From NCBI GenBank assembly GCA_963845145.1, contig CAWJQU010000005.1:96001-160000 (forward strand): a stretch of 64,000 bases of DNA, written 5' to 3'. Positions within the stretch are counted from its first letter, which is position 1. Every line of letters starts with the position of its first letter. Origin of the DNA: an uncultured delta proteobacterium (lineage in GTDB: Bacteria; Desulfobacterota; Desulfobacteria; Desulfobacterales; QNYZ01). The notes under the pieces were generated by a model. The model saw nothing but the letters and a program-made list of their open reading frames with translations. It did not search any database and had not been told where the DNA came from. This document shows, in pieces, positions 20,473-31,688 of the stretch. The position numbers and the translations under genes are program-made.

Positions 20473-20907
20473 TCAAAATGACGCCAGGCGATAGGTCCGT
20501 AATTGATAGCTAAATGGGTTTGCGTCGTTGAAAACTATTAGATCTATTCTGGCAAAGGCGATCTCTTTTTTTTCCTGGAACCCAGATTCCATTGATTCCA
20601 CATCCATTTTCCATCGAAAATTCGGGAAATCTTCGCCAAAATCACCCGTCCCGTTTTCAGGTATACCGGTTTCCCCGAACGAAAGCTCAGCCATTTTTTG
20701 TTGGGCTAAAAAAGGAGCGAGCCCGTAAAAATGGGTTTCATGGGCCAAGGCTAAAGACTGGGCATGCAGCTTGTAAACGCTGATCAAAACCGTAGCAATG
20801 ATTGCCAACGATACCATAACCTCCAACAAGGTAAACCCGGATATCCGGTAAACCTGTAAAGGTTTTAATTGATCTCTACCCGTTTTCAAAATCTTGATAC
20901 CCCTCAA
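20473..20907 (-). CDS. gspI: Minor pseudopilin I (start uncertain)
   Basis: GFTLLEVMVSLAII class III signal. Confidence 0.85.
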   Translation of the reverse strand: MRGIKILKTGRDQLKPLQVYRISGFTLLEVMVSLAIIATVLISVYKLHAQSLALAHETHFYGLAPFLAQQKMAELSFGETGIPENGTGDFGEDFPNFRWKMDVESMESGFQEKKEIAFARIDLIVFNDANPFSYQLRTYRLASF

Positions 20908-21439
20908 TGCGTTCCATGGCAGTCAAAAACGGTTTAATTATAAATGAAAAACGCCCCTGTGCCTCCGACTCCATATGGATAATGGCCCGATCCGCCCATC
21001 CCTGGGAATGGAATTGTATGACGACAACATCTACCGTTTGCCTTTTCCCATTAGAGAAGACAACACCGGTTAAACGAACACCTTCGGACAGATGATATGC
21101 ATTTTTTTCAGCCTGCTCATGCGCTTCTTTTTTGTCGGTTGAATCCGTAGTCCAGAGACGATTTTCACTCAAATCCACATGTAGATTGTAGGTTCGTTGA
21201 TTACGAATCGCACTGGATCGTAATTCGGGGACCTTCACCATCATCCACCGAGTGGGTTTTTTAGTCGGGTCAACCAGAAAAGAATCCTGAAAACGCGGAA
21301 TAGCAAAGAGCAGCAAGACGCCAACCAATGCCATTACAATAGTGATTTCAATCAGCGTAAAGCCACTAATACCGACAACCAAAGGGCTACCGTGCGTTTT
21401 TAGACAATCGCATGGGTGAAACTGGGTATGCTGAGCCAT
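20876..21439 (-). CDS. gspH: Minor pseudopilin H
   Basis: GFTLIEITIV signal; start moved to ATG 21439 to avoid a long overlap with gspG. Confidence 0.82.
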   Translation of the reverse strand: MAQHTQFHPCDCLKTHGSPLVVGISGFTLIEITIVMALVGVLLLFAIPRFQDSFLVDPTKKPTRWMMVKVPELRSSAIRNQRTYNLHVDLSENRLWTTDSTDKKEAHEQAEKNAYHLSEGVRLTGVVFSNGKRQTVDVVVIQFHSQGWADRAIIHMESEAQGRFSFIIKPFLTAMERIEGYQDFENG

Positions 21440-21449
21440 ACGCTCTCGC

Positions 21450-21905
21450 TCATTCCACTTCCCAGCTGTTAATATCCCGGTCTTCCCCTTCGCCGCCCGG
21501 AACACCATCGGCACCATAGCTGATAATATCCGAATCCCCATGAGCGCCAGGGCTTAGGTAAACGAAGGCATTTCCCCAAGGATCAAGTGGCAACCTGCCC
21601 TTTTCAAGGTAACCGCCTTCACGCCATTTATTGGGAATTACACCGCTCTCGGGGATCTGGACCAATGCCTCCAGCCCTTGCTCCGTATCCGGATACCGCC
21701 CACTATCCAATTTGTATAGTTTTAGCGCTGTTTCCAGGCTTTGGATTTGTAGTTTCGCCTTGGTCTGTTTCGCCTCACCCGGTCGTTCCATAATTCGAGG
21801 CACAACCAGGCCGGCCAGAATTCCGAGAATAATGACAACCACCATAAGCTCTATAAGGGTAAAACCATCTTCACCCGAAAGCCGCTTCCCAGTAAACCTT
21901 ATCAT
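21450..21905 (-). CDS. gspG: Major pseudopilin
   Basis: GFTLIELMVVVIILG, YKLDSGRYP, DPWGNAFVY and SYGADG. Confidence 0.96.
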   Translation of the reverse strand: MIRFTGKRLSGEDGFTLIELMVVVIILGILAGLVVPRIMERPGEAKQTKAKLQIQSLETALKLYKLDSGRYPDTEQGLEALVQIPESGVIPNKWREGGYLEKGRLPLDPWGNAFVYLSPGAHGDSDIISYGADGVPGGEGEDRDINSWEVE

Positions 21906-21936
21906 TTTACCTCCGGTTATTGTATTGCTTGATGGA

Positions 21937-23166
21937 TCATCCCACCAGTTGATTCATTTCAAATATCGGCAAGCAGATAGATAACACAATGAAGCCCACG
22001 ATAATCGCCATGCATAAAATCATCATCGGCTCCAATAAAGAGGCCATGGCTGTAATTCTGGATTCAGTTTCGTTCTCAAAAACATCCGCCACCTTATTCA
22101 ACATGGCTTCCAGTTCACCACTTTGTTCTCCAACTTCAACCATCTGAATAAAAAGACCGGGAAAAACATCATGACGGCCCAAAGATTTCCCAAGGGCGAT
22201 ACCTTTCCCAACGTCGACGGATGCTTCCGACACCGCATTTGAAATAATATCATTTGCTGGAATATTTTTTACAATATCCAAGGCTTGTAGCATTGGCACA
22301 CCATTTTCCTGGAGTGTGCCAAGTGTTCTTGATAGCCGAGCCACGGCCAATTTCTTCACAAGCGAACCAATAATCGGCAATCGGATTTTGAGCCGATCCA
22401 CCATCTGTCGACCTTGTGTACTTTTTTTAAAAAAATGGAACGCGATGATTAGCAAACCGACAAATACGGCCGCAGCCCACCACCAAACTTTAAAAAAATC
22501 ACTGATGAAAATTAAAAAGCGTGTTGGCGCAGGTAACACTCTGTTCATGTCGGAAAAAATCGAAGTAATGCTTGGCACAATAAATGCCAGAAGTAAAAAG
22601 AGTACGACAATGCCGATAATAGACATCAGAACGGGGTAGGCCAGAGCGGACCTAATCTTGTTTTTCAGGACCTGCTGGCGCTCCATCATGTCGGCCAACT
22701 GGTCCAAAACGATTTCCAGCGTTCCTGAGGATTCACCAGCCCTGACTAAATTAATATACAAGGCTGAAAAGGTCGTCGGAAAAAGCCCGAGTGCGTGCGC
22801 AAAACTATTACCCTCGACAACATTGTCTTTAATTTTAGCCAGATTCCCTTTCAATTTTTGGGATCTGGTCTGAGGCAGGATGGCATCAATGGCACTTACC
22901 AAGGGAAAACCGGCACCGACCAGTGTGGCCAATTGCCTTGTCAAAACAGCCACTTCGGACGCTCGTATACGGGTAAACAGTCGCGTCGGGTGCCAACTCT
23001 TGGGAACTTTACTTAAGGCAACCGTTTCGTGCACTTCATTAACAGAAATCGGAAAAATATTTGAAGCACGCAATTTTTGCCGTGCAACAACCCCACTATC
23101 GGCGTCAATCACACCGGTCGTGTTTTTCCCCTTCTGATTTATTGCGGCATATTCGTAAACAGGCAT
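21937..23166 (-). CDS. gspF: Type II secretion inner-membrane platform protein
   Basis: MPVYEY start at 23166; RQLATLVGAG, AGESSG, ALAYP and GEQSGEL. Confidence 0.95.
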   Translation of the reverse strand: MPVYEYAAINQKGKNTTGVIDADSGVVARQKLRASNIFPISVNEVHETVALSKVPKSWHPTRLFTRIRASEVAVLTRQLATLVGAGFPLVSAIDAILPQTRSQKLKGNLAKIKDNVVEGNSFAHALGLFPTTFSALYINLVRAGESSGTLEIVLDQLADMMERQQVLKNKIRSALAYPVLMSIIGIVVLFLLLAFIVPSITSIFSDMNRVLPAPTRFLIFISDFFKVWWWAAAVFVGLLIIAFHFFKKSTQGRQMVDRLKIRLPIIGSLVKKLAVARLSRTLGTLQENGVPMLQALDIVKNIPANDIISNAVSEASVDVGKGIALGKSLGRHDVFPGLFIQMVEVGEQSGELEAMLNKVADVFENETESRITAMASLLEPMMILCMAIIVGFIVLSICLPIFEMNQLVG

Positions 23167-23364
23167 GTTAAGAAACATATCAGAATATACGTCCACAGGC
23201 ACAAGATCTCCAATAGGTTTTCGATTTCGACCGTCTATTCAGGGTTAATTTGGCTAATTATTTAGCAATCAGTGATGCCCGGCTCACCTCTCTGATACTA
23301 TTGGTAACTTTATAATCTCATACCAACTGGCAGTCGTGTATGATACACTTCTATAGGAATGTAT

Positions 23365-24796
23365 TTAGCTTTTGAAAATCAAGATACGAAATGTGCAGCG
23401 CAGTTGGTTCCAATACTCTTTGCGGGAACTGAACTTACCGCGACAATCCTGGTAAAGGCGATCGGTCAATTCGAAGATTTGATGGCAGAAAAAGGCCAAT
23501 AGATTGAGGATGAAAAAGATCATCGACAAATTGTTTTGGCCGTGACCGAAGTTGTGCTCAATATGGTAGCCCTGGTTCTTGAGGGTGTTGAAGGTCTCGT
23601 TTTCGATTTTCCAACGAGCGCGTGCGCATCGTACCAGTTCTTCGATATTGTTTTCATCGATGAAAATATCGGTCACCCAACTGTTTCGATAGGTCACCTT
23701 GCCTTGGGTGATGATCTGGTACTCGAAAAAGTTTACGTCATCGGCATCTTTGGTTCCATTTAAAGGCACGTGGTTAACCCAGCGATAGACGTGACGGCGT
23801 TTTTTAGACTTTTCTTCAATGGATAAATTTCCGCCGTCACCCAATTGCGTCAGCTCATTAACCCATTCAAAAAGGATTTTATGGTCGGACGGCTTGGCCA
23901 CCAGTATAAAAGACATGTGTGCCTTTTTGGCGTTATCGATGAACGGTTGTTTGGAATATAACCCGTCGCCATTCAATATGATTTTCATTTTCGGGTGGCG
24001 TTTGCGCAGAGCGCGAATTAACCGTTTACCGGCATTGATTTCGCAGTCTTGTTTACCCGTGCCGTCGGTATTGGCGATGGACTCAGGTGCAAAAGGAATG
24101 ACTTGCCGTTTGTCCGGGATGAACCATGGCGGCCTGAAGGATTTGATGATGATATCGGACTTTCTTTTTTGATTTCGTGGTCAGACAGTGAGGACAATGA
24201 ATTTTATCTGAAGAGAAATATTCGAGACCCATCGATGGAAACCAGATATTGGCCGTCGAGGACTTGAAATTGTGCCAGCTGTTTTCCGCGTTGCAGTGCG
24301 CCGATAAAGTCATCGAAAAGACAATCGATGGTTTCGTTTGGCAAGTCATCGAGGACGTCTCGCAATTGAGAATCTTTAGGAATGGATGAAAGCTTGGAAA
24401 AGCGCCTTCAGATTGTTTTGTTGAGCGGTCTCTTCGAGCCTGCGCTGGAAAGCAAGCATGGAGGGATCTTGAAAAAACATCATAGCGAAAGCGCTCATCA
24501 GGCAATCATGCACACTGTAATCGACTTTAGCCTTTTGACGGCTATCATCGATTTGCCTGAATCGCTCTGCCATTTTGGATCTCAAGGCAGAGAAGCTGAG
24601 ATGTTTTTTTCTAATCATCCACCCACCCTTGTGTAACCTGCTGAAAGCATACAATAAAAAAGGGCGGATGTCTAGATTTATATATCTTTAGTTATATCAA
24701 TAGGTTAAGTACGCAAAATACGCTTTGCGAAAAAAAGATAAAATTGCGGATAGTACCTTAGATTTGCTTAATAAATACTTTCACCGAGAATTGCTG
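23365..24796 (-). mobile_element. Degraded IS (ISNCY/IS4-clan DDE transposase), frameshifted and probably 3'-truncated
   Basis: Fragments join into one transposase from ATG 24618 (LMSAFAMMFFQDPS; IDG; KQDCEINA; GDGLYS; RARWKIENETFNTLKNQGY..EHNFGHG). Putative left IR CAGCAATTCTCGG starts at 24796; no matching right IR found. Confidence 0.85.
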
Positions 24797-24840
24797 ATAG
24801 GCACTGAACACGGCAATAGTATTCAGATTTCACTCTTATG

Positions 24841-24938
24841 ATTAAAGTCATTAAGCCTAAATATTATGGATTTCATGACCTACGGTACTTTAAGCTGAAA
24901 ATTCACCAAAACTTCTCCAACTAATTTGGAGAAGAACC
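24841..24938 (+). mobile_element. ISL3-family 3' end remnant
   Basis: Reads IKVIKPKYYGFHDLRYFKLKIHQNFSN*, like the ISL3 transposase C-terminus, followed by an end of ...GGAGAAGAACC matching ISL3 IRs (GGTTCTT...). Confidence 0.75.
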
Positions 24939-25172
24939 AAAGAAATAACCTGCAAATTACGTGGATGTTCCTAAAGATAACGATAAAATCTAAGAAGGTA
25001 TTGAAGCGCGCAGAAAAGTAATTATCGCTTAACCTTATGGCTACCAAATTGAAAATCAGGAAGGAATTTTTAACGCAAACTAACTATTTTCAAGGCTAAC
25101 CTTAAAAAAGAGCATCAAAATAGATCCCGCTGCTCAATTTTAAATTTTTAATAAATGTTGATCCGATAAAGC

Positions 25173-25903
25173 CTATCCATCGCACTGATCATAATTCCCA
25201 AAAGAAACCTCTGTTGTAGTTGTAAACGACAGGTCTCCACCTTTACGATTCCTACCATGAAAAGTAACACGAATACTATAGAAACCAAAAAGTGGGTTTG
25301 CGAAATCACCCCACGAATCATATCCACCTATTTCTAACATCTTTTTTACATATTCTTCTTTAGTTTGTATAGTAACCAAAATTATCGATCTTTCAGCTTC
25401 AGTAAAATCTTTTGATAGAACGATCTGATTTAGGATAGGTTTGTCCAAATTTACAAGTTTAGGAGGATAAAAGAAACCTCCGGAACCACTGGGACTTTTT
25501 AGCGGAATATATTCCACAGTGTAATTATCTAAATATGTATGTTTCATCTGCTCCTACCGGACAGGTCGGACAGTAAAAAATATAATAAAAGTTTGAGTTT
25601 CCAAAAGTATCAAAAAATGGCTCTGGCAGTTAATTCTTCAGTGCACTAGCCTCGTATTTCATCTTCAGTGTCTGTTCGCACCGGCGTCTACTATCATCAT
25701 CGCTACCCACAAGCGCTCCGTATTACATCAATTGTAAAAGTTGGGTCAGAAGATGAGTCTCCACTATCATGCGCGGTCAATTCTACAGCAATAACTTCTT
25801 CTTCACCCTCAATACCAGATTCCGATCCACCGCAACCTACAAAAACAATCAAAGCAGATGCTAAAAATATGAAACCGACTGAGTTTAATAATTTTCTGAA
25901 CAT
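25173..25903 (-). pseudogene. Lipoprotein downstream of pilQ, split by several indels
   Basis: Lipobox FVGC in 25703..25903; a middle segment PEPFFDTFGNSNFYYIFYCPTCP lies between it and the C-terminal ORF 25173..25547. Confidence 0.65.
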
Positions 25904-25956
25904 TTAGAAATGCTCCTTTTTAATAGTATCTTTCTAAAAGTGCTTATTATTTTTTA

Positions 25957-28584
25957 TTATCCCAAAGAACCCTTAACAGTATTAACTTCCTTAACATTGT
26001 TAATATCGCGTCGTTCCATCTTCCGAATCTTCGGAGAAATAAAGATCAACAACTCCTCTTTATCAAGCTCCTTGCTCTGTGTCTTAAACAACCAGCCTAA
26101 GAATGGAATTTTTGATAGCCAGGGATAACCTTGTTTGACTCAACCGTTCAGACGGTCTTGTGGATACCACCGATAACTAGAGTGTCTCGGTCATTCATTA
26201 AAAATTCTGTTTCCGCCTCTTTCGTGTTTAGAATAGGCACACCTTCTACAAAATTAAACACATCTTTTTTCTCAATCTTGATATGAATCGAAACTCTACC
26301 ATCTGGAGTAATATGTGGCGTCACAACTAATTTTAATTCAACTTTTTTAAATTTTACTGTTCTACCGCCTGATTCGGATTCTTCAAAATAGGGATATTCC
26401 TGCCCCTGCGTAATAACCGCCTCCTGACTATCAAGAGTCAGAATTTTGGGGGCCGAAACGACTCGGCCATTTCCATTTATCTCCAACAACCTCAATCGCG
26501 CATCAAGACCGAAAGGTGTACCAGCTACCCTGGCGAAATTAAAACCTAACTCCATCGGACTTCCAATAGAAAAGGGAAAATTAACCGCAGTATCATACCC
26601 ATAAGTACCACCGAAACGGTCGAACCCGCGCTGAGGACCAATTCCCGCCCGGGGGTCATTACCCTGTATGCCCCACGCAGCATTCCAACTTAAGCCAATC
26701 TCTCGTGAAAAGCTATTATCCGCCTCAACAATCCGAGCCTCAATAAGTACTTGTGGTGTGGCATTATCTATCTCATTGACCATAGCCTTTGCCCGCGCAA
26801 TGACCGTTGGCACATCGGTAAGAATCAAAAGATTATTTCTAGAATCAACCGAATAGTTTTCCATTCTCTGATAAAATGGCTTCCAAATGTGGCTTAACAT
26901 CCTTCTCCGCATCGGCGTAGTTGATTAAAATATACTCCGAAACCACATCCGCTTCTTCTTCCTCAGCCCGTTTGGCTTTAATTTTCGCAATACGCGCTTC
27001 ATCTTCATCCTTAAGCGTTTTCAGGGTCGCAATTCGGATAATATTATCGTCTTGCTGTTTATCGAGTTGGTTCATTCTCAAAACTAGATCAAGCACCTGA
27101 TCCCAAGGAACCGGATTATCGAGACTAAGTGTAACCTTGCCTTCGACATCCTTATCGATGGCAAAGTTTTCTCCGCTAATATCAGCTATAATTCTGAAAA
27201 CATTGTGTATATCCGTATTATAAAAATCAAGGGCTACTTTTTCACCAGTATACTTCTGGCCACCATTTTTTCTATCGTTAGTTTTCGCTTTATTTTTCTT
27301 TTTATTCGTTAGCCCACTCGCATTTACAACGGATGAAGCTTTGGGGGCCTCTTTTTTATTAATAGAAACCACGCTATCCTGAGTCTCCAGGGATACAAGA
27401 ATGCGATCATTTTCTTGCTTGACTAAATATGGAACAGTTTCATTCAGCCGAATGTCGATTTGGGTGTCGTTCGGTAGTTTTGGCTCTGACATTGTGTCAA
27501 TTGCCGCAACGACACCAGAAGTGGCTTCCGCTGTATCTATTCTACCGTCAGGCAATTCACAATTCAAAAGTGATAGCCGTAGCCATCTCGGCGTGATCCG
27601 TTTAACCTTATACGCAACTCGTTTTGATGTGGTCACCGCCACTTCGAAATTAGCACCCGTCGTGTTGGCTTCGTACTCAATATTTTTTAATACAGCCGTC
27701 CCTCCGACGGCCGGCCTCCCAATATTGATCAATAAGCCGTCCTGATCAGGTCTTGCTGAAAAGGAATTTAGGTATTTCTTTTGAGTTTCAATAACAATTC
27801 TTAATTTTTGAGAATCGCTATATTGTCGAATACGCGTGATTCCCGGAGAGTTTACATCGATATTATCTTTCACATCGGCAGAAGCAGCTATATTTGGGAG
27901 ATCAAAAACGATTCTGGGGGGCGTATTCAGAGTGAATGACTTATATTGGTCAATCGTGCCATTCAAACCAATTTTGACTTCACTTCCACTTTGCATTCTG
28001 CTTATTTCAATATTTTCCAGCAATGTGGCCTGACTTACCGGACTGTCGGCATCCATCTTCGACACATCCGTTTTCACAAAAGCAACATCGCTATCATCAG
28101 TTTTTTCTTGCTTTGACGATCCTGTGACAGCTATTTTTTGGATGACAATATCCAGGCCGTTGTCATTGCTCACCACGGTATAGGGGGCATCTTCTGATAA
28201 TTTTATTTCCAACCGGGCGGTTTGTCCAGTCTCTGATAATTCGGATAGTCCGATATCCGTTATCAATCCCAGAGTTGATGTTAAAGCGGGTACCTTGGCA
28301 CTAACCGTTGTCTCTGGAAAATAAAAAACGACTGCGGATGGGTCGGACTGTTTAACCGATGTAAAAATCAGTTTCTGGTCACCGGACACAAGGACATGTG
28401 ATTCATCAGCACTTTCAGAATGCTGAATTTGTGTTATCTGATTTTTCTGGTGTGCAAGAGGGGCGCCCGTCTCTTTAGATTGGCTCACTTTTGATGTCGC
28501 ACATCCAACCGTTAAGACAGTCAAAGAAATAATTAAAATTGCAACGCCAAGAAACACACCGCGTCCATTACAAAACGCCTTCAT
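25957..28584 (-). CDS. pilQ: Type IV pilus secretin (two frameshifts, near 26852 and 26150)
   Basis: Lipobox TVGC; AMIN-like domains (PPRIVFDLP); YTGEKVALDF; PQVLIEARIVEA; C-terminus GYPWLSKIPFLGWLFK...ELLIFISPKI in a third segment ending at 25957. Confidence 0.9.
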
Positions 28585-28588
28585 AGTG

Positions 28589-29221
28589 CTATTCTCCAGA
28601 AAATTGTCTAAGTTTGAGTTCTCGCTCAGTGGTAACCGGTTTTCCCATCACATCTTGAGATATTTCCGTAATATAAACGCGATCCTTTGTAATCTTTGTA
28701 ATTTTTCCACCATCAAGCCCGATGAATGTTCCATTTTTAACGAGGTAGCCTTTACCGGTGGACTCTTCCACCATCGCCATGCTACGCTTGTTATCCCTAA
28801 AAACTGCCGTAAGCGTCAACTGGCTCAAATCAATTTTTTCCAGTGGTGTCTGAGGAAGCCGTTTGTTCTTTTGTACATTTTCAGAGGTTGAAACCGCTTT
28901 ATCTTTTTTGGCTTTAATTAAAGGCACAAAAGGATCCAAGCTGCTCTGATAATGATACGTCTCAACAGCGCCCTTCGAAGCCAAAAGTGCCGCGGCAGGA
29001 TCAACAGATGGAGAGGTTGTTTTTGGCTTGAGGTTCCCCTTTTTATCGGATTCTGAAGTAACTGTTGCCGAAGCTAAATCCTGCTTTTTTGCACCAGTTG
29101 AGGCTTCGCTATCGATTTTTTGACGAACAACTTTGGGACTATTTGCCTTCGTTGAATCCTGGCATCCGATAAAAAATAACATTGCCGCAATTAAATAAAC
29201 GAGTCGATGGCGTAGATTCAT
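28589..29221 (-). CDS. pilP: Type IV pilus lipoprotein
   Basis: Lipobox FIGC, DPFVP and TPLEKIDLSQLTL. Confidence 0.92.
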   Translation of the reverse strand: MNLRHRLVYLIAAMLFFIGCQDSTKANSPKVVRQKIDSEASTGAKKQDLASATVTSESDKKGNLKPKTTSPSVDPAAALLASKGAVETYHYQSSLDPFVPLIKAKKDKAVSTSENVQKNKRLPQTPLEKIDLSQLTLTAVFRDNKRSMAMVEESTGKGYLVKNGTFIGLDGGKITKITKDRVYITEISQDVMGKPVTTERELKLRQFSGE

Positions 29222-29847
29222 TTTTTCTTTTTCGCCTTATTATTGCTATCTTCCGGCTTGGTTTCCACAAATTTATAGGTAACCGCCTTGCACGAGGTCA
29301 CCAAGGGCTCACCGGGTTGTTTTGGGGCTATGGTAATATCCCGAATATTCACAATACGCGGTAAACCGGCCACTGCTTCAAAAAAACGACCGACATCATG
29401 ATACCCGCCCTTCACTTGCATCTGCACTGGGATTTCAGCATAAAAATTTTTAAGCTGCTCGGGCTTAGGCTCGAACAGTAAAAACTCAAGACCGGCATCA
29501 TGTCCCGACTGGGAAACATTGGCAAGAAGCGTCGGAATTTCCTTTTTATCCGGCAGGGCTTGCATGGCAAGTTTGAAGGACCGTTCCGCTTCGGCCAATT
29601 CTTTTGTGAACTTGTCTAATTGCCCCGCCTTATTTTTCAACACAGCCAATCGATTCTGTGAGTTCTTTACCTGATTTTGCAGCTGTGTAATTTTTTCTTT
29701 TCCGGGCTTAAAAGACAAAAAATAAAAAATCACGGCGATTAACAGGAGAACAAGGCCACATATTAACAACCGCTTGGTCGTGGACCAAGTATTAAGATCG
29801 TCAAAAAATTCATCCATCCGTTGCGACTTTATACGCCCATTACTCAT
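29218..29847 (-). CDS. pilO: Type IV pilus alignment protein
   Basis: TM, coiled coil, LPDKKEIPTLL, FYAEIPV and GGYHDVGRF. Confidence 0.93.
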   Translation of the reverse strand: MSNGRIKSQRMDEFFDDLNTWSTTKRLLICGLVLLLIAVIFYFLSFKPGKEKITQLQNQVKNSQNRLAVLKNKAGQLDKFTKELAEAERSFKLAMQALPDKKEIPTLLANVSQSGHDAGLEFLLFEPKPEQLKNFYAEIPVQMQVKGGYHDVGRFFEAVAGLPRIVNIRDITIAPKQPGEPLVTSCKAVTYKFVETKPEDSNNKAKKKK

Positions 29848-30440
29848 TTTTTCTTTCCACGCTTATTTTTTTTCTGTGTATCTTGGACCGGTTCAGGCAT
29901 GGCCGTTTGACATGCCACCTCAAACTCTTTCAAATTAATTGAATCTTCGAACACTTTTTGCTTTACCGTATTTAGGTTCACGACCGGGAAAAGACCCGAG
30001 TTTTCAAGATTGGTCATGAAATCGGCCACCGTTCGCTCATCCATGGCCACACCCTTTATACGAACGCCGTTTTGTTGAGTGCTAAGGCTGGTCAACCACA
30101 TCTGATCGACAATAATTAATTCCGACATCACGCCCAAAAGACGCACGGGTTTGTATCGGTCTTGGATGAGATTGTTAATAACAGTTCTCTTCTTATTAAT
30201 GATCTCGATCTTCTTTTTATTTTCATCAACTTGTTGGCCTATCTTTTCATAACGCTGGATCTCTGAATCGACCTGCTTAATTTGAGCTTGCAGCGAACCA
30301 GCCCAGTTCCCCATGTAAAAATGAACGACAAGAAGAACGGCCGCAACCAAACCAAGAAAAAGCAAAAACAACGATACTTGGCGGCGAATATTTTCTTTTT
30401 TACGTGCGTCCCGAAATGGTAGTAAATTTATCCGGATCAT
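29844..30440 (-). CDS. pilN: Type IV pilus alignment protein
   Basis: MIRINLLP signature, TM and WLTSL. Confidence 0.94.
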   Translation of the reverse strand: MIRINLLPFRDARKKENIRRQVSLFLLFLGLVAAVLLVVHFYMGNWAGSLQAQIKQVDSEIQRYEKIGQQVDENKKKIEIINKKRTVINNLIQDRYKPVRLLGVMSELIIVDQMWLTSLSTQQNGVRIKGVAMDERTVADFMTNLENSGLFPVVNLNTVKQKVFEDSINLKEFEVACQTAMPEPVQDTQKKNKRGKKK

Positions 30441-31492
30441 TTATCGTCAGCTCTCCTTAGTGCCAAACCCATGCAGACAGCCGCTTGGGGCGCAATGCTA
30501 TCAATATAGGCTGAGTCAAATTTTCCACGGTTGATTTGTACATTTGTGAACGGACTGATAACATTTACCTGGGTTGAGGTTTCCAAAGCCAATAGTTTTC
30601 GAAACTCATCAATATTGGCGCCACCTCCGCTTAAGATGACTTGGTTAAATGAGTCGTCCGGATAAGTGGAGTAAAAAAAGTCGATGGCACGCCTGATTTC
30701 AGTACACCAGTTTTTTGTCACTGTCGCTTCGATCTCGTCAATGTCAGCGGCCGTAATTTTCTCCGACTGCCGCTCTATTTTTATCTTTTGTGCTTCAGCG
30801 ATTGAACATTCGCAGTGCGAGGCGATTTGCTGGTCTATTTGCCCGCAGCCAAGCGACACATCCCGCATAAAAACCGGGACAGTATTTTTAATGATATTCA
30901 AAGAAGTCTTACTCGATCCGATATCTATCAATGCAACCGCCTGCTCCCCACTACCATGGTTAAACTCGTAGCTATTTTGAAGGGCCAGTACGTCTACATC
31001 AATAATAACCGGCGAGATTCCAACGGATTGCAGGATACCGGTATACTCTTCAATTATTTCCTTTTTTGCTGCAACCAAAAGAATATCAAGCTGGTCAACA
31101 TTGTGTTTATTTTGCCCAAGAACATGAAAATCGATATTTACATCATTTATATCAAACGGAATGTACTGCTCGGCTTCCAGTGCAACAGAATCATGCATCG
31201 CTTTTTCGTCGGCTTTCTGGACACTGATATTTTTCATGATAACAGAATAACCGCCTACCGCAAGCGCTACATTTTTCTCCTTAATCCTGTTCTCGTCAAA
31301 CAACGCTTTAACGGCTCGCGCCAATTCAGCTGGCTGACTAACGACACCATCCACAATGAATCCCGGATCAATTTCAACCGTGGCAAGATTCTTCAGCGAA
31401 TACCCTTTATTCGCATAACCAAGCTCACAGGCTTTGATGGTGCTTGAACCGATATCCAGGCCGACTAATTGTTTGCTTTTATTAAATAGCAT
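30437..31492 (-). CDS. pilM: Type IV pilus actin-like protein
   Basis: VGLDIGSSTIK, EAEQYIPF, LIDIG and LSGGGA. Confidence 0.95.
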   Translation of the reverse strand: MLFNKSKQLVGLDIGSSTIKACELGYANKGYSLKNLATVEIDPGFIVDGVVSQPAELARAVKALFDENRIKEKNVALAVGGYSVIMKNISVQKADEKAMHDSVALEAEQYIPFDINDVNIDFHVLGQNKHNVDQLDILLVAAKKEIIEEYTGILQSVGISPVIIDVDVLALQNSYEFNHGSGEQAVALIDIGSSKTSLNIIKNTVPVFMRDVSLGCGQIDQQIASHCECSIAEAQKIKIERQSEKITAADIDEIEATVTKNWCTEIRRAIDFFYSTYPDDSFNQVILSGGGANIDEFRKLLALETSTQVNVISPFTNVQINRGKFDSAYIDSIAPQAAVCMGLALRRADDK

Positions 31493-31688
31493 GATAACCG
31501 CTTGATATTGTTGAGCTTAATTTATATTGTAGAAAGGCTTCTAAGTAAGATTTCAAAGCTATGTATCTTTTATTTTTTTATTAGTCAAGTGAATTTATTG
31601 AATTATCGCTTTTATTTACTATAATTTTACTCTCATTCGGTATATTTTTCAGATTCCGTGATCACTTTATAAGTTGTCTGGTTTCTAC

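Noticed and set aside
26148..26853. Selenocysteine readthrough or programmed frameshifting at the pilQ TGA codons
   Set aside because: Homology resumes in a different frame, so readthrough would not restore it, and no slippery heptamer is evident.
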